Origin: Elusimicrobiales bacterium
Lineage (GTDB): Bacteria; Elusimicrobiota; Elusimicrobia; Elusimicrobiales; UBA9959
Assembly (NCBI GenBank): GCA_049972095.1
Contig: JBMFKQ010000017.1
Location: 1-32,222 of the forward strand
Length of the DNA: 32,222 nt
Reading direction: 5' to 3'
A program made the position numbers and the translations under genes. A model generated the notes under the pieces. That model searched no databases and was not told where the DNA came from. It saw nothing but the letters and a program-made list of their open reading frames with translations. This document shows, one piece after another, positions 9,931 through 19,019 of this stretch; position 1 is the first letter of the stretch, and every line of letters starts with the position of its first letter.

Positions 9931-10553
9931 AAATAGCTGTTGTAAGCGATTTTGATGGCACTGTTAGCGAAACGGACATTGGAGATATGCTTCTGCTTGA
10001 GTTTGGTAAGGCAACTATTGAGGAGATAGAGCAGTCTTATAGACAAGGTGTTAATCTTGAGCAATGGATGAAGGTCTATTTTTCAAAGATGAAAGATATA
10101 AGCTTAACTGAGATAGAAAGAGTTATAAATGAGAAGGTTAGGGCAAGGGATGGTTTTGTTGAAACTTTGCGTTTTTTTTCAGATAATAACATTCCATTTG
10201 AGATAGTCAGCGGTGGGTTAGATCTTTATATTGATGCATTTATGAGAAAATATGGAGTGAGTTTTTCAGGGTTTTATGGAAGATTCAATCATGGTGATAT
10301 CACTTATGACTTTTTAAACGGTATGAGCCTTTATGAGTTTAAGGCGTCAAGGGTTATTAATTATAGAAATCTTGGTTATACTGTAGTCTTTCTTGGAGAC
10401 TCTTACAATGATTATCAGGCCGCGGTTGCAGCTGATATTAGATTTGCTACACTTAGACTTGCAAAGATTCTTTCAGATGAAAAAAGAGAATTTATATCGT
10501 ATTCAACATTTTATGAGGTTAAAAGTATTATAAATGAAGCCTTATCTTTTTGA
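9927..10553 (+). CDS. HAD-IB family phosphatase (MtnX-like)
   Basis: DFDGT motif I, IVSGG motif II, K and GDSYND motif IV. Confidence 0.85.
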   Translation: MKIAVVSDFDGTVSETDIGDMLLLEFGKATIEEIEQSYRQGVNLEQWMKVYFSKMKDISLTEIERVINEKVRARDGFVETLRFFSDNNIPFEIVSGGLDLYIDAFMRKYGVSFSGFYGRFNHGDITYDFLNGMSLYEFKASRVINYRNLGYTVVFLGDSYNDYQAAVAADIRFATLRLAKILSDEKREFISYSTFYEVKSIINEALSF

Positions 10554-11310
10554 GATATTCGGATTTAAAGTCCCATCATATGGAGTTATGATAGCGGTTG
10601 CATATATTGTTGCATATATTTATCTTTCAAAAAAATCCAAGGTTTATGCTATTGATGAAAAAAGGCTTAGTGATATAATCTTCTATTCAGTTATCTTTGG
10701 TTTTTTGGGAGCAAAGATTAGTTATATAATAACATTCTGGAATTATTTTGGTTCTGGTTTTAAAGAAAGGTTTTTGAATATCTTTTCAATTGATAATCTT
10801 AGATCAGGATTTATTTTTTATGGTGGAGTTATAACAGGTTTTCTTGGTTTTTTTTGGAGTGTTAAAAAGAATAAACTTGATGTAGTGTCTATGGCAGATC
10901 TTTTTGCCCCTGCAATGGCTCTTGCTCATTCTATAGGCAGAATAGGATGTTTTCTTGCAGGATGTTGTCATGGGAAAGAGACTGATTTTTTTCTTGGTGT
11001 TGTATTTACATCTCCATACTGTGAGGTTTCTAAAGATCTTATAGGCAAAAAAATACATCCAACCCAACTTTATGAATCAGTTGGAAATTTTATTATATTT
11101 CTTTTTCTCAATTATGCACTTTTTAAGCTTCCAAAAGGAAGGGTTTTCCTATCCTATATATTTCTCTATTCCCTTCTGAGGTTTATTGTTGAGTTTGTGA
11201 GGGGAGATGAAAGAGGAGCATACATTTTTGGACTTTCTCAGGCACAGGTTATATCAGTTATCCTAATTGTTTTGGCATCTTTATTATGGAAGCGGATTTC
11301 AAAGAAATAA
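10534..11310 (+). CDS. lgt: Prolipoprotein diacylglyceryl transferase
   Basis: SYGVM, FYGG, GRIGCFLAGCCHG, HPTQLYES and RFIVEFVRGD motifs; multi-TM. Confidence 0.95.
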   Translation: MKPYLFEIFGFKVPSYGVMIAVAYIVAYIYLSKKSKVYAIDEKRLSDIIFYSVIFGFLGAKISYIITFWNYFGSGFKERFLNIFSIDNLRSGFIFYGGVITGFLGFFWSVKKNKLDVVSMADLFAPAMALAHSIGRIGCFLAGCCHGKETDFFLGVVFTSPYCEVSKDLIGKKIHPTQLYESVGNFIIFLFLNYALFKLPKGRVFLSYIFLYSLLRFIVEFVRGDERGAYIFGLSQAQVISVILIVLASLLWKRISKK

Positions 11311-12200
11311 AAAAGATATACAGCGGCAGTGGTGAGAGGGTTGATATATATCTCAAATCAGTTCTTAATGGCTTTTCAAGGCAGCTTATAAAAGCTATGA
11401 TAGAGAAAGGCTATGTGAAGATAAATAGAGATGTGGTAAAACCATCATATATACTTAAATCTGGTGATGAGATAACTATAGTCTTAAACAGAGAGAATAA
11501 GAAAGATTTTAATCTCAAAGACATAATTATCTATGAAGACGATGATATAATTGTTTTAAATAAACCGGCAGGTTTAATAGTCCATCCACCGGGTGAAAGT
11601 TGGTTGACTAACCCAGATGCGCTTATGTTTTCACAACAGAGCCTTGCATTGCTTCTCTATTCTCAAAGTTCTATATCAAAATCTGATGTAAGGCGTATGG
11701 GGCTTGTTCATAGGCTTGATGCTGAGACAAGTGGGGTTATGGTTGTTGCAAAGAAATTTTCTATTCAGAGGTTTTTGATGGAGCAGTTTTCATCAAGAAG
11801 TGTTGATAAAAACTACAAAGCTGTTGTTTGTGGTGTTGTGTCTGATGATAAGATTATAATAGATGCACCTATTGGAAGGTTTTCTGGTGATAAGAGACTT
11901 AGGGTTATGGAATATGGGCGGGATGCTGTGACGGAGATCTCTGTAATAGAAAGAGGGAGTAAAAATAGCTATCTTGATGTTTTTCCAAAAACAGGTAGAA
12001 CAAATCAGATAAGGATTCATCTTTCATATATAGGTCATCCTATTGTTGGTGATGAAGTTTATGGAGGGAAGGAATATAAAAGATTAATGCTTCATTCATA
12101 TTCAATTGCCTTTATTCATCCTTCCTCCAAAAAATATGTTAGATTCAAGGCAGAGCCTGACAGAGATTTTGAAAACTTCATCTCTGAACTTCTTGCATAA
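11286..12200 (+). CDS. RluA-family pseudouridine synthase with N-terminal S4 domain (RluD-like)
   Basis: ERVDIYL..SRQ S4 domain, NKPAGLIVHP, catalytic HRLDAETSG, TGRTNQIRIH and GHPIVGD. Confidence 0.93.
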   Translation: MEADFKEIKKIYSGSGERVDIYLKSVLNGFSRQLIKAMIEKGYVKINRDVVKPSYILKSGDEITIVLNRENKKDFNLKDIIIYEDDDIIVLNKPAGLIVHPPGESWLTNPDALMFSQQSLALLLYSQSSISKSDVRRMGLVHRLDAETSGVMVVAKKFSIQRFLMEQFSSRSVDKNYKAVVCGVVSDDKIIIDAPIGRFSGDKRLRVMEYGRDAVTEISVIERGSKNSYLDVFPKTGRTNQIRIHLSYIGHPIVGDEVYGGKEYKRLMLHSYSIAFIHPSSKKYVRFKAEPDRDFENFISELLA

Positions 12201-12309
12201 CCACCAGCTTGAATCTTTAGACCATACCCCTCAAACTCCCAAAATGATCTTTATATTTCATTTTGTCAAATTAAATAAATGTTAGCGAATACATTGTCTT
12301 GTCATCATC

Positions 12310-12358
12310 CAAAATTCATAATTCAAAATTTAAAATTTAAAATTTAAAATTTCACATT
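12310..12358. repeat. Heptanucleotide tandem repeat (YAAAATT x about 7)
   Basis: CAAAATT CATAATT CAAAATT TAAAATT TAAAATT TAAAATT TCACATT read directly from the sequence. Confidence 0.8.
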
Positions 12359-12379
12359 ATAATTTGCTAAATTATATGT

Positions 12380-12742
12380 ATGATTGAAAAGTTGACGCCT
12401 TTGAGCATACTTGATGAAAATTACTGTGTATGTATGATAAGAAATTCATCTACAATTTTTGTCTTTTGGAAGTTTTCAAACTATTATATTAATCTTTTTG
12501 AGAAGAAGATTATTTCAAGCGAGATAAGGCTTAAGGTTTATTCATCGGATAGATGTATAGCTGATATACCGGTGAATTATAAGGTAGCTGGTTATCATAT
12601 AACACTGCCATCTATTGTTACAGAGATCAAGGTCGGGTTATTCTGCTATGAAAACGGGGAGGAAAAAAATCTCTGCTTTTCAAATCAGCTTTCACTTAGT
12701 TATGAGAAAGAAAGCTTTGAAGATTATAGTTTTGTCCAATGA
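12380..12742 (+). CDS. DUF4912-like protein
   Basis: MIRNSSTIFVFW resembles the DUF4912 lvrdP..lyayW motif, with SN near the C-terminus; typical position upstream of a GH57 gene. Confidence 0.6.
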   Translation: MIEKLTPLSILDENYCVCMIRNSSTIFVFWKFSNYYINLFEKKIISSEIRLKVYSSDRCIADIPVNYKVAGYHITLPSIVTEIKVGLFCYENGEEKNLCFSNQLSLSYEKESFEDYSFVQ

Positions 12743-14298
12743 AAAGAACTGATATAGTTTTTCTATTTCATTTTCATCTTCCATATGTATATCATCCAGA
12801 GGCTGGATATTTTGAGGAGAACTGGTACTATCAAAATCTTGCAGAGTCATACATCCCATTTTTGATGATGATGGAGGATCTTGCTAATAACACGATGGTT
12901 CCATCTGTTACTATTTCTCTTTCTCCAACATTGTGTTATATGATGGAAAATGAAAAGATGGCTGATAGATTTGTTTCCTATATAAACTCAAGAATTTCTC
13001 TTATAGAGAGTGAAAGGAGTATTATTAATGATGAGAAGATTCATAGAATTCTTGATATTTATGAGAAAAGATATGTAGATGTCCTTGATTATTTTGAAAG
13101 ATATAGTAGGGATATACTTACACCTTTCAAGCTTCTTAAATCAAGAGGGATTATTGAGATAATAACAACCCCTCTTACCTACCCCATCCTTCCCCTTTTA
13201 ACTATTTCTCAGGCGCTTAATTTTCAGATCACTGAGGCATGTAGGGATTTTTCAGAGAGGTTTCTTGAAAGAAACTTGGGAATGTTTTTGCCTGAGTGTG
13301 GGTGGAGCTTTGAGATTGAAAAATTCCTTCTTAAGAATAACATTGAATATATATTTCTTGATGAAAGAGCACTTGAGGATGATCCTCCTAATTCTCTTTA
13401 TCAGCTTGAAAGTGGTATAAGAATTTTTACACCAGACCATAAGATATTTGATTTTCTTTTTGGCAAAGATGGTGTTACAAGAAATCCCAACTACAGAGAG
13501 TTTTACAGGGATATAGGTTATGAAAGGGATCTAAGCTATCTTTCTAAATACACTGGTTGTAGTTTTCATGCACCAACGGGGTTGAAGTATTCAAAGATTA
13601 CAGGTGTTGATCTGCCTATTGAAAAAAAGCAGATATATGATGCGGAGATAGCATCCAGAACGCTTAAAGATGATGTTGAAAGGTTTGTGAATTTTCTTCT
13701 TTCTTATTGTGATGGCTCATCATCAAAACTTCTTACCTTTATATCAAGCGCTGAGATATTTGGCCATAGGTGGTTTGAGGGGATAGATTTTCTTAAAAAT
13801 TTTTTTATTTATGTCAGAAAGAATAGGCTTCCACTTAATTTTGTTCTTCCTTCAAGCTACATAAAGATGGTTTTATCTCCAAAGGTGATTAAACCTTCCA
13901 TCTCAAGCTGGTCTGATAATGGTTTTTTTGATAAATGGCTTAATGAAAGAAATGATTTTATATATCCCTACATCCATGAGATATCAAAAAAGTTTATATC
14001 TGTGGCTTCAAGGTATAGAAATTTGAGTTTTTCACCAGAAATTGATAGGATCCTAAGACAGGCAGTTAGGGAGATTTCTCTGATGCAGTCATCTGACTGG
14101 GCTATTATGATATCAACATCAACCCATAGGGAGTATGCTCTTAAAAGGATTAATGAGCATTATATGAATGTTATGAAGATAATTAAGTGGTTGCTTTCTG
14201 GAGGGCTTGACAGAGAAGAACTTTCAAGGATGGAGAAAAGGCTTCCTATCTTTCCTTTTATAGGATGGAAAAATTTTCTTTCTCTTTCACAAATGTAG
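12739..14298 (+). CDS. Glycoside hydrolase family 57 protein (branching-enzyme-like, DUF1957 C-terminus), acid/base Asp apparently substituted
   Basis: HFHLPY, ESYIP, LPECGW, YREFYRDIG, SAEIFGHRWFEG, SSW and QSSDW motifs. Confidence 0.9.
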   Translation: MKRTDIVFLFHFHLPYVYHPEAGYFEENWYYQNLAESYIPFLMMMEDLANNTMVPSVTISLSPTLCYMMENEKMADRFVSYINSRISLIESERSIINDEKIHRILDIYEKRYVDVLDYFERYSRDILTPFKLLKSRGIIEIITTPLTYPILPLLTISQALNFQITEACRDFSERFLERNLGMFLPECGWSFEIEKFLLKNNIEYIFLDERALEDDPPNSLYQLESGIRIFTPDHKIFDFLFGKDGVTRNPNYREFYRDIGYERDLSYLSKYTGCSFHAPTGLKYSKITGVDLPIEKKQIYDAEIASRTLKDDVERFVNFLLSYCDGSSSKLLTFISSAEIFGHRWFEGIDFLKNFFIYVRKNRLPLNFVLPSSYIKMVLSPKVIKPSISSWSDNGFFDKWLNERNDFIYPYIHEISKKFISVASRYRNLSFSPEIDRILRQAVREISLMQSSDWAIMISTSTHREYALKRINEHYMNVMKIIKWLLSGGLDREELSRMEKRLPIFPFIGWKNFLSLSQM

Positions 14299-14306
14299 GA
14301 GGTTCA

Positions 14307-15233
14307 ATGAAAAAACTTATGATTCTATTTACTTTTTTTATATCTTCCTGCACAATGATTAAACTCAAAAATAGTGAGCCCTATGATACCAGATTCAAAC
14401 TTTATTATTATACTACTGATCTTGAGAATGAGGCTGTTGTATGTGCTTTGACTATAGAAAGCTTTCTTTCTTTGTTTTCTATTGATTCTTTGGGTATTAG
14501 TGAATTTAAGGATAAATGCAGACTTTACATTGAGGTTTCTGATAAAAAGAAGATTGGAAATAAAACAAGGTATAGGCTTTATGTTGATGTGAAAGGTATA
14601 GTTGATGAACTTAAAGAGAAAGGCAGCCTTAGATACAATAACATTTCCTTTGCAGTCAACTCAGATTATGAAAGAATCAGCGAGCTAATAGAAAATATGA
14701 ATTTACAAAAAATAGGGTTTATATTTTTAGGTTATGATAAGAAAGATATTACAGATTATCTGCTTGATATAAAAGTTTCATCCTCATCTATAAACACATC
14801 CGTGGTTAACATTAAAGGTGTTGAGATTACCGCTGATATTATTAGGGGTGGTTCTATTGTTGATTCTGTTAAAGCAGTTGGTTATAGCTCAGATTCAGAT
14901 CCTCTTGTAAGTGCTGCAAGAGAGTTAGCTACAAAGCTTGATGTGTTAAAGGATAAACTTAAGCTGAATTTGACAACAGTTGAGTTTTCAGGTATAAAAG
15001 ATCTATCTGATCTTAAAAGGATATCAGATTTTCTTAAAAAGATCTCTGCCTCATATTGGGTGGTTTCAGTAAGTAAATCATCGCTTGTCTTAAAAATACC
15101 TATAAAGGTTTCAAGTGAAGAGTTTTCAAGTCAGATAGTTGCAAATATGAAGAATTGTGTTATTGAGAATATTGATGTTGAAAACAGGTTTATAAAGGTG
15201 ATTATGAATGAGGCTATTGTTGGAATAATATGA
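14307..15233 (+). CDS. Hypothetical lipoprotein
   Basis: AGGAGG SD before the ATG at 14307; MKKLMILFTFFISS-C signal peptide II and lipobox. Confidence 0.7.
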   Translation: MKKLMILFTFFISSCTMIKLKNSEPYDTRFKLYYYTTDLENEAVVCALTIESFLSLFSIDSLGISEFKDKCRLYIEVSDKKKIGNKTRYRLYVDVKGIVDELKEKGSLRYNNISFAVNSDYERISELIENMNLQKIGFIFLGYDKKDITDYLLDIKVSSSSINTSVVNIKGVEITADIIRGGSIVDSVKAVGYSSDSDPLVSAARELATKLDVLKDKLKLNLTTVEFSGIKDLSDLKRISDFLKKISASYWVVSVSKSSLVLKIPIKVSSEEFSSQIVANMKNCVIENIDVENRFIKVIMNEAIVGII

Positions 15234-15829
15234 GAAAGATTGCTTTTGCTCTTATATCAGCTCTTTTGATCTTCACTTCATGTAATATCGAGAATATAAG
15301 AAAGGAAGATAAAAGGTTTTTTATTGAAAAAGCAAGTGTATCTGTGCTTCCATTTGATAATATGTCAAATGATATCACAGCAGAAACAATGATGAGAAAC
15401 CTTGTTAGTGATGCTTTTAAGAAGAAGGGATGGCTTGTTATCCCTGATAGTGAGGTTGATGAAAAGCTCAAAAATTTAGGCATAACAGATGGTGGGCAGC
15501 TAAACTCTGTTGATCCTAAGGAGATCTCATTGCTTCTCTCTTCTCGCTATCTTTGTTATGGTAGTATTAATGATTTTAAATTTCAAAATCTTGGTTTTAT
15601 AATAAGAAAAAATGTTGAGCTAAATATAAGAATATATGATTCCAAAGAAGGTAGGTTTGTTTTTGATGAAACATCTAATTCATCAGATACTAAGATATAT
15701 CTTAACAAAGACGAGGCAAAAGAGGCATTTATTAAGTACAATGCTTTAAAGCTTGTAGAGAATATTATGAAAAGACCTCTTTATGAACAGGCTGTTGATG
15801 TTGTTAACAAGATTTTTGCTAAATTTTAG
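15230..15829 (+). CDS. Lipoprotein, DUF799/GNA1162-like (CsgG/TolB-N-like fold)
   Basis: Lipobox FTS-C; SVLPFDNMS, KKGWLVIP..EVDEKL..GITDGGQL and YLCYGSINDF pattern. Confidence 0.7.
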   Translation: MRKIAFALISALLIFTSCNIENIRKEDKRFFIEKASVSVLPFDNMSNDITAETMMRNLVSDAFKKKGWLVIPDSEVDEKLKNLGITDGGQLNSVDPKEISLLLSSRYLCYGSINDFKFQNLGFIIRKNVELNIRIYDSKEGRFVFDETSNSSDTKIYLNKDEAKEAFIKYNALKLVENIMKRPLYEQAVDVVNKIFAKF

Positions 15830-15853
15830 TATTATATTTTATAGGGAGGTTTT

Positions 15854-16786
15854 ATGAGAAGTTTTTTTTATGTTATTGCATCAATTAGTATGTTTTTTTA
15901 TTCATGTGCACCATCAAAATCGGTAAGAATGGATAGCACAACAACAGTTAGGGAGACTCAAAAGGTTGAAGCTAAGTATGTTGGTCCAAAAAGAAGGATA
16001 GCTGTTGTTGAGTTTGAGAATAAAACCGCATATGGGCAAAGAAGGCTTGGTCAGGCTGCGACGGATATCCTTATCACTGAGCTTTTTAAATCAGGTAAGT
16101 TTATTGTGGTTGAAAGGGATAAGATGAATAAGATAATTGAGGAGCAGAAGCTTCAACAAGGTGGAATGATAGATCCTCAAACAGCTGTTAAGCTTGGACA
16201 AATTCTTGGTGTTGAGGCTATAGTTGTGGGTGCTGTTAGTGAGTTTGGTGTTAGAAAAGAAGGTTCTGATTATTTGCTTGCTCAGTCAAAGCAGCAAGTT
16301 GCTGAGGTGAGTGTTGATATAAGAGTTATAGATGTTCAGACAGGACAGGTTATACTTGCAGATTCTGGAAAGGGTATAACAAAATCAAAGAAGGCGAGTT
16401 TTCTTGGTATGGGAACGAAAGGGGGATATGATGAAACCCTTGAGGGTGAGGCTTTAAGAGCAGCAATAGTGAAGTTTGTTGATAACATTGCGAATCAGCT
16501 GAATAAAAAGCCATGGTCAGCTACAATTGCAGATGCATCTGGTGATGAGATATACATCAATGCAGGTTCAAACTCTAATGTTGATATAGGACTTAAGCTT
16601 TCGTGTTTTAGTCAGGGGAAGGAGATAAGGGATCCCAAAAGTAATCTTGTAATCGGATATAGAGAAGAATACCTTGGTGATTTTGAGGTTATAAGATACT
16701 GTGGTGATAGTGGAGACTGCTCTATTGCAAAGGCATTGAGGATTGATAAATCTCCAAAATCTGGGGATATATGCCGGCTCAAATAA
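15854..16786 (+). CDS. CsgG/HfaB family lipoprotein with extra C-terminal beta domain
   Basis: Lipobox FYS-C; KRRIAVVEFENK, SGKFIVVERDKM..IIEEQKL, GAVSEFG and VDIRVIDVQTGQV; C-terminal IYINAGSNSNV..G (FlgT-C-like); GGAGG SD. Confidence 0.85.
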   Translation: MRSFFYVIASISMFFYSCAPSKSVRMDSTTTVRETQKVEAKYVGPKRRIAVVEFENKTAYGQRRLGQAATDILITELFKSGKFIVVERDKMNKIIEEQKLQQGGMIDPQTAVKLGQILGVEAIVVGAVSEFGVRKEGSDYLLAQSKQQVAEVSVDIRVIDVQTGQVILADSGKGITKSKKASFLGMGTKGGYDETLEGEALRAAIVKFVDNIANQLNKKPWSATIADASGDEIYINAGSNSNVDIGLKLSCFSQGKEIRDPKSNLVIGYREEYLGDFEVIRYCGDSGDCSIAKALRIDKSPKSGDICRLK

Positions 16787-16798
16787 TAAGGAGAGCTG

Positions 16799-18334
16799 GT
16801 GCTTGCAAAGGTTGTTTCTCTTGGTTTTAGGGGTATAGATGGGTTTAAGGTTGAGGTGGAGGTTGATGTAACCCCTGGACTTCCATCATTTACCATAGTT
16901 GGACTTCCTGATACAAATATAAAAGAGGCGAGAGATAGAGTAATAAGTGCCATAAAAAACTCAGGTTTTAAAATACCACATTACAGAATAGTTGTTAATC
17001 TTTCTCCTGCGGAGATAAAAAAAACAGGAACACACTATGACCTTCCAATAGCTGTTGGGATACTTCTTGCAATTAACCCCAGATTATCAAATACAGATAT
17101 CTCACAGATTGCCTTCCTTGGGGAACTTGCCCTTGATGGCAGGATAAGAGGGGTTGCCGGTGTTCTCCCGATGCTTATATCTGCCAAGGAGAATTCGTAT
17201 TGTAGAAAGGTTATTGTGCCTTATGATAACTCACTGGAATCGCATTTTTCAGGTATTGATTATCTATGTGCTTCAAATCTCAGAAATGTTTTTCTATACT
17301 TGAAAGGTGAGGTTGAGCTTGAAAAACCTGATATTAAAAATCATATGGTTAGAGATGAAACTGATGAGGATTTTTCTGATGTTAAGGGACAGTACTATGC
17401 AAAAAGGGCATGTGAGGTTGCTGTAAGTGGTTTTCACAATATGATAATGATAGGACCTCCCGGAAGTGGGAAGAGCATGATAGCAAGAAGGATCCCAACA
17501 ATAATGCCTCCAATGAGTGAGACTGAGATACTTGAGACAACAAAGATATATTCTGTTGTTGGGCTGAACAAAAATGGGATAATAACAAAAAGACCATTTA
17601 GAGATCCCCATCATACCATATCTGATGTTGCTCTTATAGGCGGTGGTGCTGTGCCAAGACCGGGCGAGATATCCCTTGCGCACAACGGCGTTCTTTTTCT
17701 TGATGAGTTTGCCGAGTTTTCAAGATCAGCGATAGAGGCAATGAGGCAGCCTCTTGAGACAAGACAGGTCACAGTTTCAAGGGTTAAAGAGACTATAACT
17801 TTCCCTGCAAGATTTATGCTTGTTGCCAGTGCTAATCCCTGTCCATGTGGTTATTTAGGACATCCTTCAAAACCATGCATCTGCACTCCAATTCAGATAG
17901 CAAAATACAGAGCTAAGTTTTCGGGACCTATACTTGATAGAATAGATATACACATTGAAATGGTGCCTGTAAAGTATGATGAATGGAAAGGAGATGAGAA
18001 AAAAACTGAATCTTCATCAGATATTTATGAAAGAATAAAAAATGCTATAGAGATTCAGATAAAGAGATTTGGAGGTAAGAAATTTAATTCTGAGATGAAT
18101 GCATCTGAGCTTAAGAGATATTGCATTATTGACGATGAGTCTTCAAAGCTGATAGAAAATGCTATGGACAAACTTGGATACTCTGCAAGAAGCATTGATA
18201 AAATACTTAAGGTTGCAAGAACCATAGCAGATCTTGATGGTGCCAAAAACATAACTAAAAAGCATATTGTTGAAGCAATACATTATCGTATTCTTGATAA
18301 AAATATGAATATGGAAGGATATGATAGCGATTAG
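16799..18334 (+). CDS. comM: YifB/ComM family Mg-chelatase-like AAA+ ATPase
   Basis: IVGLPD..IKEARDRV, NLSPA, GELALDG, Walker A GPPGSGKS, RDPHHT, PGEISLAHNGVLFLDE, NPCPCG and ARTIADL. Confidence 0.93.
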   Translation: MLAKVVSLGFRGIDGFKVEVEVDVTPGLPSFTIVGLPDTNIKEARDRVISAIKNSGFKIPHYRIVVNLSPAEIKKTGTHYDLPIAVGILLAINPRLSNTDISQIAFLGELALDGRIRGVAGVLPMLISAKENSYCRKVIVPYDNSLESHFSGIDYLCASNLRNVFLYLKGEVELEKPDIKNHMVRDETDEDFSDVKGQYYAKRACEVAVSGFHNMIMIGPPGSGKSMIARRIPTIMPPMSETEILETTKIYSVVGLNKNGIITKRPFRDPHHTISDVALIGGGAVPRPGEISLAHNGVLFLDEFAEFSRSAIEAMRQPLETRQVTVSRVKETITFPARFMLVASANPCPCGYLGHPSKPCICTPIQIAKYRAKFSGPILDRIDIHIEMVPVKYDEWKGDEKKTESSSDIYERIKNAIEIQIKRFGGKKFNSEMNASELKRYCIIDDESSKLIENAMDKLGYSARSIDKILKVARTIADLDGAKNITKKHIVEAIHYRILDKNMNMEGYDSD

Positions 18335-19019
18335 TGTTTTTATAATTTTTAACCTAAGCTTTATGCTTGGTGGTGAGGTTGTAAAATACAGAGTTAAAGA
18401 AGGTGACACTCTTTGGTCAATTGCAAAAAAATATTACAAAAGCGGTGAGAAATGGATGATGATATTCTCTGCAAACAAGGATGTCATAAAAGATCCTGAT
18501 ATTATAATAGAGGGTTCTCTCATAGAAATACCATTACCTGACAATAATAGGAATAATGAGTTTGATGAAGATAAATCTTCAGAAACTATTATATCAGACA
18601 CAAACACGATATCCTCTATTTATCAACAAACACAAGCTGTTCATTTAGAAAGTGTTGAGTTTGAAGAGGTTGAAAAAGGTATTTCAAATGATTTTCCACT
18701 TTCACAGTCATCTTTTGATATATCCTCAAAGAGGATAAGGTTTAAAAAGAGATACATAGCAGCTAAAGTCTTAGATAAGAATAAATCGGGGTTTTTTATG
18801 AAGGGTGATAAGATTATGTTATCATTCAATGATTCTTATTGCTCTAAGGATATGAAAGCTATTTTGATTAAAAAGGTAAAAGAGGATAGCCAATTTCTTA
18901 CAGGTGATATTGTAGGATATTGTAATATTGAGATGTGTGATAGGTCTGTGGCTATTTGTAAGATACATAATGCTGTAAGAGAGATTGTTGAAGGTGATTC
19001 TGTTTTGATATGGAGATAG
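18321..19019 (+). CDS. LysM peptidoglycan-binding protein (possibly TsaP-like)
   Basis: N-terminal hydrophobic signal; YRVKEGDTLWSIAKKYY..W..I..AN..IKDPDII LysM domain; directly upstream of dprA. Confidence 0.8.
   Translation: MIAISVFIIFNLSFMLGGEVVKYRVKEGDTLWSIAKKYYKSGEKWMMIFSANKDVIKDPDIIIEGSLIEIPLPDNNRNNEFDEDKSSETIISDTNTISSIYQQTQAVHLESVEFEEVEKGISNDFPLSQSSFDISSKRIRFKKRYIAAKVLDKNKSGFFMKGDKIMLSFNDSYCSKDMKAILIKKVKEDSQFLTGDIVGYCNIEMCDRSVAICKIHNAVREIVEGDSVLIWR

Noticed and set aside
12310..12358. CRISPR array
   Set aside because: 7-bp contiguous units with no spacers; no cas genes and no 25-40 bp spaced repeats seen anywhere in the window.
15854..16786. Curli biogenesis operon
   Set aside because: No curlin-repeat subunit or csgE/csgF-like genes nearby; the CsgG/HfaB fold is widespread outside curli systems.
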